NCBI GenBank assembly: GCA_027623675.1
Contig: JAQBVF010000010.1
Location: forward strand, 1 to 64,000
DNA length: 64,000 nt
From: Chloroflexota bacterium
GTDB lineage: Bacteria > Chloroflexota > Dehalococcoidia > Lucifugimonadales > UBA3495
Direction: 5' to 3'
Positions 9,519-19,435 of this stretch are shown here, in pieces; the first letter of the stretch is position 1, and each line of letters opens with the position of its first letter. Position numbers and translations under genes: made by a program. The notes below the pieces were generated by a model. It saw only the letters and a program-made list of their open reading frames with translations, was not told the DNA's origin and did not search any database.

Positions 9519-9927
9519 CCAATTTCTCCTGAGTAAATCAAAGTATTGCCTAGGGGCGGCGGCTCAACGCTCCGGGAGACAACCTTACGGTCAAACAGGT
9601 TTGCTTGACGACGCAAATAATATCCCCTGCCTGAGCGAGCGTCAAGGCTGATTGGAATACTCTCTAAGCCAGGTTATCTGCCATTTACCGATTTCCAGTT
9701 TCCGATAATCATCTATTAATCAGCAAGAAATCATCCTATAACACCCATTTAGGGCTCTCGTGAGACCTTCTTGAGATCATGTTTAGAATTTTTTCAGAGA
9801 CCTCTCAGACACCTCCCAGAGACCTTCCCTCGGCATCGTGTTGCGGCTATAGTATTGCCGCGCGGCAGATGGTAGCCGGCGGCCGTGCTTGGGTGTTTTA
9901 CCGCAAAGGATATTCGAGGGGGCGTCT

Positions 9928-10575
9928 ATGTTGGCCATATTGGGTGGTACCGGACCGGAAGGCAAAGGGTTGGCGCTTCGCCTGGCCTTGGCCGGAGAAA
10001 CGCCTATCTTGGGGTCACGGGACGCCGAGCGCGGCGCGGCGGCCGCGCGGGAGTTGGCGGAATCGGCTCCGGGCGCCGTGATAAAGGGCTCCGATAACGC
10101 CGGGGCCGTGGCGGCCTCCGACGTGGTGTTTCTGGCCTTCCCCTACGAGGGGCAACGGGCCGTGTTAACGGACCTGGGCCCGGCGCTGCGGGGCAAGGTC
10201 GTGGTCAGCGTGATCGCCCCCATGAAATTCGAACGGGGCAAGGGCGCCAGCGCGGTTGAGGTCCAGGCCGGGTCAGCCGCCCAAGAAGCCCAGGAGATGC
10301 TGCCCGATTCCCTGGTGGTGGCCGCGTTCCAGAATGTGAGCGCGGAGGAATTGCTGGACCCCAGCGTTACCATGGAAGGCGACGTGATCGTCTGCTCGGA
10401 CCATGCCGACGCCAAGAAGCTGGTGCTGGGCCTGGCCGACAAGATCCAAGACCTACGCGGCGTGGACGGCGGCAGTCTTGCCAACGCCAAATACGTAGAA
10501 CAGATCACCCCACTACTGGTGAACATCAACCGCATCTACAAGATTCACGCCAGCATCAAGATCGTCGGCGTTTAA
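9928..10575 (+). CDS. npdG: NADPH-dependent F420 reductase (F420H2:NADP+ oxidoreductase)
   Basis: MLAILGGTGPEGKGLALR, GSR, GSAAQ, VVAAFQNVSA, LLVNINRIY. Confidence 0.9.
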   Translation: MLAILGGTGPEGKGLALRLALAGETPILGSRDAERGAAAARELAESAPGAVIKGSDNAGAVAASDVVFLAFPYEGQRAVLTDLGPALRGKVVVSVIAPMKFERGKGASAVEVQAGSAAQEAQEMLPDSLVVAAFQNVSAEELLDPSVTMEGDVIVCSDHADAKKLVLGLADKIQDLRGVDGGSLANAKYVEQITPLLVNINRIYKIHASIKIVGV

Positions 10576-10618
10576 CGTCCAGAAAACGCAACCCAGAACC
10601 ATAACTCAGGGAGGGAAC

Positions 10619-11143
10619 ATGCCAAGAGCAGTGATAGACCTCAATACCGACAGCGGACTGGCGGCGGTGAAGGGCCAGTGGCGATTCGCGCAGGGCCTGG
10701 TTCCCGGCGAGCCCAACGAGGGCCTGATCTCGCAGCTTGAAGGGTCGGCGGCCCGGCTGCCAGCCTATGACGACTCGGGCTGGGAGGTCTGCCAGGACCT
10801 GGCCAAGTGGGTCAGCAAGGGGTTCTCTTTCGTTTGGTACCGGACAACCGTAACGTTTCCAGATACGGTGGAAGGCCACCCAACGGCAGGCGTCAGGGTC
10901 CAGTTCGAGACCTGCATCGACGACTACGGCGAGATTTGGATCGACGGCGAATGCGACCGGCACCGGGGCGCGGTGCAGGGGTTCAACGTGCCTCAGAGGG
11001 TGCTGATGACTGACGAAGTGACGCCGGGCGAGCAGCACACCATCGCCATCCTGGCCGCCAACGGCCCAATGGCGGCGCCTGGCGGGGCGGTGTTTGTCCG
11101 TTACGCCAACCTGGCCTTCGAGTGGCGGGAGCCGGGTTACTAA
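10619..11143 (+). CDS. Hypothetical protein, galactose-binding-like beta-sandwich (resembles GH2 N-terminal domain)
   Basis: YDDSGW, VWYRTTV, IDDYGEIWIDG; strong GGAGG RBS. Confidence 0.65.
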   Translation: MPRAVIDLNTDSGLAAVKGQWRFAQGLVPGEPNEGLISQLEGSAARLPAYDDSGWEVCQDLAKWVSKGFSFVWYRTTVTFPDTVEGHPTAGVRVQFETCIDDYGEIWIDGECDRHRGAVQGFNVPQRVLMTDEVTPGEQHTIAILAANGPMAAPGGAVFVRYANLAFEWREPGY

Positions 11144-11359
11144 GCCGTAATTCCATCAGAAGAACTGTCCATCCTCGCCGTTCAACTGAGCGGCGGGTGA
11201 AGGACGACGAACATGTATGTTCCGGGTATGGCCAGCGCCGAGAAAAAGACTCTTCGCTGCTCGAGGCGGCCGTGTGCGCGGGTCGCGCTGGTGATACCCG
11301 GGGCGTGCCCTCAGGCGGACGTTTCCCAAAGAATGTGCTAGTCTAGCCGCCGTCGCGGA

Positions 11360-11629
11360 CTAGCAGTCGTCATCATCGTCATAGCCCAGCACGGAATCGG
11401 ACGATTCGTAGCCCATGGCTTCCAGGTCGATGCGCAACCGGCGGCAGAATACCTCCGTGCTCTCGTTGGCCGGCAATGTGATCTCCACGAACCCATCGCT
11501 CACTTTCTGGATGGATCCGGGGTCTTCCTTGGTGAGTTCAACCCGGACCGACTCACGGTGTATCCCCAATGTGTCGGTGACCTCAAAGATCGCCGCCATG
11601 TCTTCCATACCGATGAGTTCTTCAGCCAT
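11360..11629 (-). CDS. Small acidic hypothetical protein
   Basis: MAEELIGMED start with GAGGA RBS; host-like codon usage. Confidence 0.7.
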   Translation of the reverse strand: MAEELIGMEDMAAIFEVTDTLGIHRESVRVELTKEDPGSIQKVSDGFVEITLPANESTEVFCRRLRIDLEAMGYESSDSVLGYDDDDDC

Positions 11630-11776
11630 CACCGTCCTCTCCGAACGATCTTCCAATGGTTGGCCACTGGTTCGCCAGTTTTTTGACCAGTTTTTTGACC
11701 GATTTTTTCAATCGTAGTAATGTCTCTGGGCCGCCAATGATTGGAGGCGGCCCAGACCAGAATCTGCTTTACCGGT

Positions 11777-12421
11777 TCAGTCCTCGGGGGGCCACCTGGT
11801 GCCGCCTTCCAGCGGGCGTTCTTCCGGGCTCTTGGCAAGGGCCTCGGCCACCAGTCCGCCAAACTCCCTCAGGATCACCTCACCCCACTCCTGGGCATGT
11901 TCCACGCGGTAAGAGGTGCGGCGGCCTCGTTTGGCCCGGCGTGCCTCTGCTTCATCCAGTCCGGCGGTTTCCGAATCGATAGCCGCGTCCATGGCGTCGA
12001 TGTCCGGGACCAGGGTGTTGGCCGTTTCGATGAACCGGACCACGTGGTTCATGGCCTGGTCCATCACCACAAAGATTGGCACGGTTCCGGCGCGGTGCTC
12101 CGGCAGCAGGCTGTTGCTCAACTCCAGTTCGTCGTCCCGGTTGAACACCTGGAGGGAGAGATTGGGGGTGCTGTCGGCCAGCTTCAGAATCACGGGCGTG
12201 GTGCTCATGGCGTCGCCGCACCAATCGGCGGTGAACACGGCCAGGTTCAACGGCTCGCTCAGTTCATTGAACAGACCCAGTGAATCGGCCGGCACCTGGA
12301 CCGTTTCATAGATGGCTACGAAAGGGTCTTTGTTGACCTTTATCTGGTCGATGTACTGTTGGGAGGTCATTCCCTGCTGGAATTTGGCCTGAGTTAACTC
12401 AGTTTCTTGGGCCGATGCCAT
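11777..12421 (-). CDS. Thioredoxin-family protein (single-Cys WCGD)
   Basis: FTADWCGDA, NRDDELEL, TVPIFVV. Confidence 0.85.
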   Translation of the reverse strand: MASAQETELTQAKFQQGMTSQQYIDQIKVNKDPFVAIYETVQVPADSLGLFNELSEPLNLAVFTADWCGDAMSTTPVILKLADSTPNLSLQVFNRDDELELSNSLLPEHRAGTVPIFVVMDQAMNHVVRFIETANTLVPDIDAMDAAIDSETAGLDEAEARRAKRGRRTSYRVEHAQEWGEVILREFGGLVAEALAKSPEERPLEGGTRWPPED

Positions 12422-12637
12422 AACGGTAACCCCCTAGGCACATTTTTACGCGGCTAGTTTCTCAATATTGACCGCGCTTGGCAATGGTCAAAAGGGAAAT
12501 GCCGCGACACGCACGTTTTTGGATTGGCATTGAGCTAACAAAAACCGTTGCCGCTCTACGCTTTCCGTAAAGTTTGCCGTGCTAGAATTGTTGAATCAAT
12601 TTGCCGTGGCTTCTGCGCGGCGATGGGAGGCGTGAAT

Positions 12638-13090
12638 TTGGCCGGTGAAGCCAATGAGCCATTTCTGAAGTACGCACTGTTCTGCCGGGATACGGATGAA
12701 GATGAAGGCGGCGACATCACACTCAAAGGGATTGTCGACCTGTTCGAATTACCCGAGCCCGAAGAGGCAGGAGACACCAATGACCCTGTCCTGGCAACCG
12801 TGGATTTTAACCTGGCGTTCTGTATCGGCGGGGCCGAGCCGGGCAACCATTACCTGTTCGTGGCGCTAAAGACGCCGGGGATACCGTTGGACACCCCCCC
12901 AGCCCAGAAGGTGGATTGGGAGGAAGGCATCTTGTTCCAACGCTGGATCAAGACCTTCAGGATCCCGGTGCAGAAGCCGGGCATACACTCGGCCGCCATC
13001 CTCTTCGACGGCGTGCCCCTGGGGGAAGCCACGTTTCTGGTGCGATTCAAGGAAGATAGAGTGATGCCGGGCTCCCCTGAGGCGGATTAG
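12638..13090 (+). CDS. Hypothetical protein (DUF6941-like)
   Basis: TTG start 7 nt after GGAGG; YALFC..., ITLKGIVD, PGIHSAAILFDG. Confidence 0.6.
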   Translation: MAGEANEPFLKYALFCRDTDEDEGGDITLKGIVDLFELPEPEEAGDTNDPVLATVDFNLAFCIGGAEPGNHYLFVALKTPGIPLDTPPAQKVDWEEGILFQRWIKTFRIPVQKPGIHSAAILFDGVPLGEATFLVRFKEDRVMPGSPEAD

Positions 13091-13212
13091 GGGAGGACTA
13101 AGGGAACGCTGGCGGCGCGGACTCGACCGAAGCTGCCGCAAGTTGAATCCCGTATGACGCTTGTCTATAATCGAGGCGAGCCTAAGGGCATCCCAATCAT
13201 GGAGCGACACAG

Positions 13213-13329
13213 TTGGCTAATCAGACCGGTAAACGCTATGTGTGCACCAAGTGCGCTTCCGAGTTCATCGTGACCAAGGGCGGCGAAGGCACTGTTGCCT
13301 GCTGCAAAACGCCCATGGAGCTCAAGTAG
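13213..13329 (+). CDS. Desulforedoxin-like mini-protein 1 (38 aa)
   Basis: Hand translation MANQTGKRYVCTKCASEFIVTKGGEGTVACCKTPMELK; TTG start after GGAG; CxxC-x15-CC. Confidence 0.8.
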   Translation: MANQTGKRYVCTKCASEFIVTKGGEGTVACCKTPMELK

Positions 13330-13450
13330 AGACCCCACCCGTAAGTTTCCTCTGAACCTCACCTGTGAATTTCACGCGAGACTTCACCTGGAACCCCACC
13401 CGAAACTTGCCCCATATTTTTCCCGGGGGCATCCCACGGAGGACCGCTCA

Positions 13451-13594
13451 ATGGCGAACCAACTAGGCAAACGTTATGTCTGCGAAACCTGCGGCAGCGG
13501 CGTGCTCTGCACCAAGAGCGGTGAGGGCGAGATCTACTGCTGCGACGCAGCCATGGTGATTCAAGAACCCCGGAAGCTGCCTTCTTCCGACTAG
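13451..13594 (+). CDS. Desulforedoxin-like mini-protein 2 (47 aa)
   Basis: MANQLGKRYVCETCGSGVLCTKSGEGEIYCCDAAMVIQEPRKLPSSD; GGAGGA RBS; CxxC-x15-CC. Confidence 0.82.
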   Translation: MANQLGKRYVCETCGSGVLCTKSGEGEIYCCDAAMVIQEPRKLPSSD

Positions 13595-13626
13595 CTCCCC
13601 GACGGCGGGAGATCACGCCTAATCAG

Positions 13627-13667
13627 AATAAAGGTCCTTTCTCAAGTTTAGAGGAGGGGCCTTTATT
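13627..13667. terminator. Intrinsic terminator
   Basis: AATAAAGGTCC...GGGCCTTTATT hairpin after the mini-proteins. Confidence 0.65.
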
Positions 13668-13972
13668 CATGCCTGAGCCCAGTTATAGATCTGGGGAACG
13701 CAGTCATTTTTCATTCTTCCAAGCATGACATTGGCAGACCCTTCCTCCCGATTCCATCGGGACTCAGGGTGACAGTGGGTCAGGTGACAAAAAGGGGCGG
13801 TGCTGCCGACTCTGCAAGCCCTCTCTGACCACTGATCTCCGGGCGATAACATTGGCGTTGGGACATCGCCGCTTGTGTCCCCGGCTTCGCCGTCATTTGG
13901 CAGGCGGTGCTGCCGCCCGGTCAATTGCCAGAAGGGGCTGCCTTCCGATTACCCGCCGGCTTGCCCACTTGC

Positions 13973-15043
13973 TTAGAGGAAGTGGGGGATTACTTCGCGG
14001 CCCATCAACTTGATACAGTCCATGATGCGGGTGTGCTCCAACCGGCCCGGCTGCAGGAAGCACAGCACCTGGTCCACGCCGGCATCCTGGTACTTCTTCA
14101 TCACTTCGATGACGGTGTCCGGGTTGCCCATGGCGAAGGCGCCAGAGTCCAGATGGTCCTGCGCCACCTTGTTGACCCGCTCCGTCTGGATGGCGTCCAC
14201 CGCGAACTTATACGAGTCGGGAACCTCCCGCCCCTGCCACGGATTGTAGAGCCGCTCGGCGTTCTGGACGAACCATTCACCCTCGGGTGCGCCGATGCGC
14301 CGGGCTTCTTCATCGTCCTCGCCGCAGTGAACGATCACCAGCGCGGCGATCTGGTCGTTCACGAAGGAACCGACAGGGTTGGCGTTCTTGACGGCGGCCC
14401 GGTAGGCGGCAACCCGCTCGTGCAGTTGATCGTAGCCGCCCAGGTTGAAGCAGAGCACGCCCAGGCCCATCTCGCCGGCGGCGGCGAAGGAGTCGGGCTG
14501 GGAGCAGGCAACCCATAGCGGCGGGTGAGGCTTCTGCACCGGTTTGGGAATCACCGACCGGGGCGGGATGTTAAAGAACTCGCCCTGATGGGAGAAGATC
14601 TCCTCGGTCCACATCTTGGGAATCATCCGGATGGCTTCCGTCCATTGGGCCTTGGTCTGCGCCGGGTCCACCTCGAAGCCGTCCATCTCCGTCAGGGTCG
14701 TTGAGCGGCCCGTACCCAGGTCCATACGCCCGTCGCTCACGATATCGAGCACCGCCGCCCGCTCGGCGACGCGCACCGGGTGGTTGTACTGCTCGGGCAG
14801 CAGGGCCACGGCATGCCCGATGCGGATGCGCTTGGTGCGTTGGGAGATGGCGCCGTACAGCACCTCTGGGGCGGAACAGTGGGAGAACTCTCTCAGGAAG
14901 TGGTGTTCAACGGTCCAGAAGTAGTCGAAACCGACCTGGTCGCCAAGCTCCACCTGGGCCATGACCTGGTGGTAGCGGTCGCGCTCGATGCCGGGATAGT
15001 GGGGTTCGGGGATCTGTATCTCATACATCATGCCGAATTTCAT
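13973..15043 (-). CDS. LLM-class (luciferase-like) flavin/F420-dependent oxidoreductase
   Basis: MKFG, WTVEHHF, HPVRVAERAAVLD, PKPVQKPHPPLW. Confidence 0.92.
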   Translation of the reverse strand: MKFGMMYEIQIPEPHYPGIERDRYHQVMAQVELGDQVGFDYFWTVEHHFLREFSHCSAPEVLYGAISQRTKRIRIGHAVALLPEQYNHPVRVAERAAVLDIVSDGRMDLGTGRSTTLTEMDGFEVDPAQTKAQWTEAIRMIPKMWTEEIFSHQGEFFNIPPRSVIPKPVQKPHPPLWVACSQPDSFAAAGEMGLGVLCFNLGGYDQLHERVAAYRAAVKNANPVGSFVNDQIAALVIVHCGEDDEEARRIGAPEGEWFVQNAERLYNPWQGREVPDSYKFAVDAIQTERVNKVAQDHLDSGAFAMGNPDTVIEVMKKYQDAGVDQVLCFLQPGRLEHTRIMDCIKLMGREVIPHFL

Positions 15044-15205
15044 GGTTGATTCCTCTCAGTGGGTGAGTTGCAAAGCCAACAGACAACCGCTTTCACCGGG
15101 GCGGATCCACGCGCCGGCGGCGTGGATTTAAGGATATTACCACAGGGCCCCTACCACGGAGCAGGCAATCTGAGAGCGCCGATTCTAGGATGCGCCGCCG
15201 CTCGG

Positions 15206-16465
15206 CTAACCCCAGCGGGGTTGCGCGTTGAGGGGGATGCCGAACAGGTGTTTGCCGACTTCCTCGCGCACCAGGTCGGGGGCGCTGACGGCGTGGAGGG
15301 TACCCATGCGTACGTCGCGGTAATAACGCTCAAAGTTGCCGCTCTCGAGCAGCCCGTGGGTGCCCCGGACGGCAAATAGCCGGTCCACCGCCTTTTGGGC
15401 GTTCTCCCTGGCCACCAGGCCGGCCATCTCCATGCGGGCGGCGTCGTTGGGGACGAACTCTTGGCCGGCGATGGCCTTGGCGGTGATGGCGCGGACCTCC
15501 TGCACCAAGAAAGCCCGGCCCGACTCGATGAGCATGGCGGCATCGGCCACGGCGAACTGGTTGCCCGGCATGCTGCCGCGCCTGGCGCCACCCAGGGTCA
15601 TGCCGCGGGACCTGCCGAACTCGATGGTGTCGTCCAGCGCGGCCTGGGCCACCCCCAGCATCATGCCCGACATCCAGACCCTGGCTTTGGTGGGGACCTT
15701 CAGCGCCGCCGGGCCGTTGGGCAACCAGGGCTCGTGGGGCGCCGGCCGCAGGCCAACGGGAGCCATGTCCTCGGGCACGAAGACCTGGTCCAACAGCACG
15801 TCGTTGGTCATGGAGCCGCGGGCGGCCATGGCCATCCAGGTCGGATCGATAGTCAATCCGTCTTGGCTCGAGGGCATCACCAGCCAGCGATTGTGGGCCT
15901 GGGGCGGCTCGCCGCCTGATTGACTAGAGGGCTGGCCGCCGGGTTGGTTGGGAGGCGGACCGGGGACCATGGTGCTGAGAAACATCCAGGTGGACAGGTG
16001 GGAACCGCTGACGAAGGGCCAGCGTCCGGAGGCGACGAACCCGCCGGGGGCCGGCTTGGTCTCGCCGCCGGGAATGGCGGCATGGGAGATCAACGCGCCG
16101 TTGTCGACCACGTCCTGGATCAGCGGGTGGGAGGCATCGCCCATCATGCCCAGGGCCCGGGTGCAGAGCACCGAGTGGTTGCCCATGACCCAAGCGGTGG
16201 AGGCGCAGGCCCCGCCGATCAGCTCGTAAACGGCGACCTGAGTGACCAGGTCGGCCTCGCTCCCGCCCAGGGACTTGGGGATGGCGACGGTCAGCAGTCC
16301 GGCTTCGTGGAGGTCTTGGATGTTCTCCACCGGAACCCGGCGCTGCCGATCGGCCTCGGGGGCGCGCTCGGCAATCTTGGCGGCTGCCTGCCGCGCGGCC
16401 TGCACCAGGCCTTGCTTAGGCTCGATCTGAACCGCTGGCTGCTGCTTATCTGCTGCCATCGCCAT
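15206..16465 (-). CDS. Acyl-CoA dehydrogenase-fold flavin-dependent monooxygenase (HsaA/DszC-like)
   Basis: LGGSE, CASTAW, GRWPFVSGS, RGSMTNDV, FERYYRD; start at 16465 or 16459. Confidence 0.85.
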   Translation of the reverse strand: MAMAADKQQPAVQIEPKQGLVQAARQAAAKIAERAPEADRQRRVPVENIQDLHEAGLLTVAIPKSLGGSEADLVTQVAVYELIGGACASTAWVMGNHSVLCTRALGMMGDASHPLIQDVVDNGALISHAAIPGGETKPAPGGFVASGRWPFVSGSHLSTWMFLSTMVPGPPPNQPGGQPSSQSGGEPPQAHNRWLVMPSSQDGLTIDPTWMAMAARGSMTNDVLLDQVFVPEDMAPVGLRPAPHEPWLPNGPAALKVPTKARVWMSGMMLGVAQAALDDTIEFGRSRGMTLGGARRGSMPGNQFAVADAAMLIESGRAFLVQEVRAITAKAIAGQEFVPNDAARMEMAGLVARENAQKAVDRLFAVRGTHGLLESGNFERYYRDVRMGTLHAVSAPDLVREEVGKHLFGIPLNAQPRWG

Positions 16466-16488
16466 CCTTCCCGGAGCTAGAGTAGGTG

Positions 16489-17595
16489 CTAGGGAACCAG
16501 CATGGCCCTGGTGATGGGAGTCTGGCTCTGGTCCCATTCCGCCTGGACAAAGGCGTCATTCACCTCAGCCAGTGGGAATTGGTGGGAGACGATCTTCTCG
16601 AAGGGCAGAACATCCTTCTTGCGGACCAGGAAATTGAGCAGCCTGGGCAACAGTTCCGGCTTGTACATGAGGGAGCCGACGATGTTCTTGCCGGTGAGCA
16701 GCTTGGAGGGGTCGATGGAGACCTCACGGCCCCGGACGATGTCGCCGATCTCCACGAAGGTGCCGCCGTTGCTCAGCATGTCGATGCCCTCAGCCAGCAG
16801 TTCGGCCCGGCCCACCAGCTCCATCACTACGTCGGCGCCCCGTCCATCGGTCAACTCCCTGACCCGGCTTAGCCTGGTCTCGGGGGTGTTGAACTCCTCG
16901 ATATTGATGGTGTGGTCGGCGCCGAATTCCTCGGCCAATTGCAGACGGTTCTCCAGGCGGTCAATCACGATCACCCGGTCTGCTCCCATCTCTTTGGCCA
17001 TGGCGGTGGCGTGGATGCCAAGTCCGCCGGCGCCCTGGATCACCACGTAATCGCCCTCACCGGCCTGAGCGCGTATCAGCCCGGTGGTGACCGTGCCCAT
17101 GGCGCAGTTCACCGGACCCAGGATGTTGTCGTCCAGTTCATCGGGCACCTTGAAGAAGGGATGGCGGGCAGGCAGATAGAGAAAGTCGGAGTAGGTGGCC
17201 GTGAAGTAGGGCCATATCCCGGCGGCGGGGTAATTCCGGTTCATGCACCAGTTGGTGTTGCCCTTGAGGCACTGGCGGCAGTGGTAACAGGGGAATACCG
17301 CGGCATAAACGATGCGGTCGCCCTTCTTGATCGGCGTGCCGGCGGAGTCGGTCTCGACGCCTTCTCCCAGCGTGTCGATCACGCCGGTGCCCTCGTGTCC
17401 CATCGCGCGTCCGGTGGGGGGAATGGGCAGGTCGCGGTTGTTCTGGTCGCCGCGCCAGGTGTGCAGGTCCGAGCCGCAAACACCGGCCTGGGTCATGCGG
17501 AGTATGACTGCTCCGGGAGCAGGTTCCGGCACCTCATACTCCTCGATAACAAAGGGTTTGCCGTATTCCTTGCAAACTACCACTCGGCCTTTCAT
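16489..17595 (-). CDS. Zinc-binding alcohol dehydrogenase (MDR family)
   Basis: GVCGSDLH, GHEGTG, CYHCRQC..C, GAGGLG. Confidence 0.92.
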   Translation of the reverse strand: MKGRVVVCKEYGKPFVIEEYEVPEPAPGAVILRMTQAGVCGSDLHTWRGDQNNRDLPIPPTGRAMGHEGTGVIDTLGEGVETDSAGTPIKKGDRIVYAAVFPCYHCRQCLKGNTNWCMNRNYPAAGIWPYFTATYSDFLYLPARHPFFKVPDELDDNILGPVNCAMGTVTTGLIRAQAGEGDYVVIQGAGGLGIHATAMAKEMGADRVIVIDRLENRLQLAEEFGADHTINIEEFNTPETRLSRVRELTDGRGADVVMELVGRAELLAEGIDMLSNGGTFVEIGDIVRGREVSIDPSKLLTGKNIVGSLMYKPELLPRLLNFLVRKKDVLPFEKIVSHQFPLAEVNDAFVQAEWDQSQTPITRAMLVP

Positions 17596-17885
17596 ACGGT
17601 CCTCCTACACGATTCCACCACGTTCAGCACACACGGCTGGGAAACTTCAAGCTCCATCGGCTTGACGCCCAAAAGACGCCGGTAACATAACACAGCCATT
17701 TGGGAAACGGTACTCGCCTGACGGCAGCCTCTAGCGTCATACTATTTTGGTAATTTATACTAACGACAATCTTCTAAAACTTTGAATTTCGGTGAGTTTC
17801 AAAAGACGTCAGGCTCTAGCGCGTGTCTAGCCGTGATGCTCATCACAGACGCATTCTTACAGAATCATCAATTGGAACCTACGGG

Positions 17886-18113
17886 ATGACCGTTATGGTC
17901 CACAACCGGTCCGGTCGCTGGTTCAGCCGAATAAGCATCGCTCTGGCCTTGGCCTCAATGGCCTTCGCGCCGGTCGTATTCGGTCCCCTTGGGGTTTTGG
18001 CGGGCATGGTTGCCGTGGCCAAGGGCGACCGCTACCTAGGCATGTTGGGCGTGACTACCAGCGCCGTCTTGAGCGTTACCGGGTATTACCTGACCGGGGC
18101 GATATGGTACTGA
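17886..18113 (+). CDS. Small membrane protein
   Basis: Hydrophobic segments, PVVFGPLG..G..AVAKGD; followed by terminator. Confidence 0.6.
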   Translation: MTVMVHNRSGRWFSRISIALALASMAFAPVVFGPLGVLAGMVAVAKGDRYLGMLGVTTSAVLSVTGYYLTGAIWY

Positions 18114-18170
18114 TCCGGTGGTCCGTGGGGGGTTGAACTAAAGACGCCGCCGGACAAGATCCGGATGAAC

Positions 18171-18208
18171 CAGGGGGGTTCCGATTTACCGGAACCCCCC
18201 TGATTTTT
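18171..18208. terminator. Intrinsic terminator
   Basis: CAGGGGGGTTCCG / CGGAACCCCCCTG stem plus T-tract. Confidence 0.75.
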
Positions 18209-18227
18209 CGAGACTGGCGGGTCGCGC

Positions 18228-19148
18228 CTAGCCGGTTTTCGTGGAGCCGCGCAGCAGCAACACCGGTCCGGCGGCGTGGCGGACGACCCGGTCGGCAACG
18301 CTGCCGATCAGCCACCGGCCCACCCCGGAGCGGCCGTGGGTGGTCATCGCAACCAGGGCGTCGGGGTACTCGTGGGTGAGATTGACGATGGCGGTCGCCG
18401 GATCTCCGTGGAGCACCAATCCCGACACCTCAGGCACGCCTTCGGCGCGCAGCTTGTCGGCCACGCGTTCCAGGCCGTCCTTCTCCTTGGAGTCCGCCTT
18501 GTGGTTGGCCGTGGCGCGGACCAGGCACACCTTGGCATCCAGCGCCTTGGCCATCGCCGCGGCATGGGGCAAGATGCTCTCCGCAAGGGCCGAGCCGTCC
18601 AGCGGGACGATGATGTGGCCCATGCTCCCATCCAGAACGGCGTCATTGTCCTCGGCGCGGATGATCAGCAGCGGCATCTTGGCGGCGTGCAGCACCTTGT
18701 CCGTCACGCTGCCCAAGACCCACCGTCCCACTCCGGAACGGCCGTGGGTGGACATGACTATCAGGGTGTCCTTCTCTTTCTCCGCTTCGGTCACTATATG
18801 CTCGGCCGGAGCGCCGTATCGGTGGTCCTTTTTCTCGTCCTTGATTTCGTCGTCTTCCAGCGTCGCGATATCCGGGCCGTGCATGACGGCGATGGCGGCG
18901 ACCCCGGCGCGCTCCAATTGAGTCTTGGCCGCACCCATGGCGGTCATCACTTCTTCCCGGTGGTGTTCCGATGCTTCGTGCCGCTCCTTGAAGTCGAACG
19001 GATTGGGGTAGAAATACTCTGGCTGGGGCTCAAACACACGGAACAACTCGACCTTGGCCTCGAGTTTCCTACCCAGCGTCCGCACGTATGGAAGGACCCG
19101 GTCGCCCAAGGGTGAACCGTCCAGTGGCACCAAAATCCGTTTGTACAT
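18228..19148 (-). CDS. Universal stress protein, tandem USP domains
   Basis: ILVPLDGS twice; MSTHGRSG..RW.LGSV twice. Confidence 0.93.
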   Translation of the reverse strand: MYKRILVPLDGSPLGDRVLPYVRTLGRKLEAKVELFRVFEPQPEYFYPNPFDFKERHEASEHHREEVMTAMGAAKTQLERAGVAAIAVMHGPDIATLEDDEIKDEKKDHRYGAPAEHIVTEAEKEKDTLIVMSTHGRSGVGRWVLGSVTDKVLHAAKMPLLIIRAEDNDAVLDGSMGHIIVPLDGSALAESILPHAAAMAKALDAKVCLVRATANHKADSKEKDGLERVADKLRAEGVPEVSGLVLHGDPATAIVNLTHEYPDALVAMTTHGRSGVGRWLIGSVADRVVRHAAGPVLLLRGSTKTG

Positions 19149-19435
19149 GTCGTAGCCCCCTTCCCAAAAGCTTTACGATGCCGGTTATGGTCTCGGGCGG
19201 ACGTAACGTCCACCTGTACATCATGGATTCTAGAGCCCGTCTCCCGGCCCAAAAACGGTCAAGCGGCCCTGATTTCACCGCCGAAAGGGCAGGCTTTTCC
19301 GGGCCATTTGGCCGACCGGGAACCATCAGCCGGGCGAGGCCGTCAGGCCTTGTTCCGAGGCGTCATTTTGACACCCCATAGGGCCACTGCTACACTCGCC
19401 CCGGCCCGGGAATCACCCGGCTCGGAGGGCCGAAC

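Noticed and set aside
11208..11223. LexA box (GAAC-N4-GTTC)
   Set aside because: Spacing is N6 and the site lies between convergent gene ends
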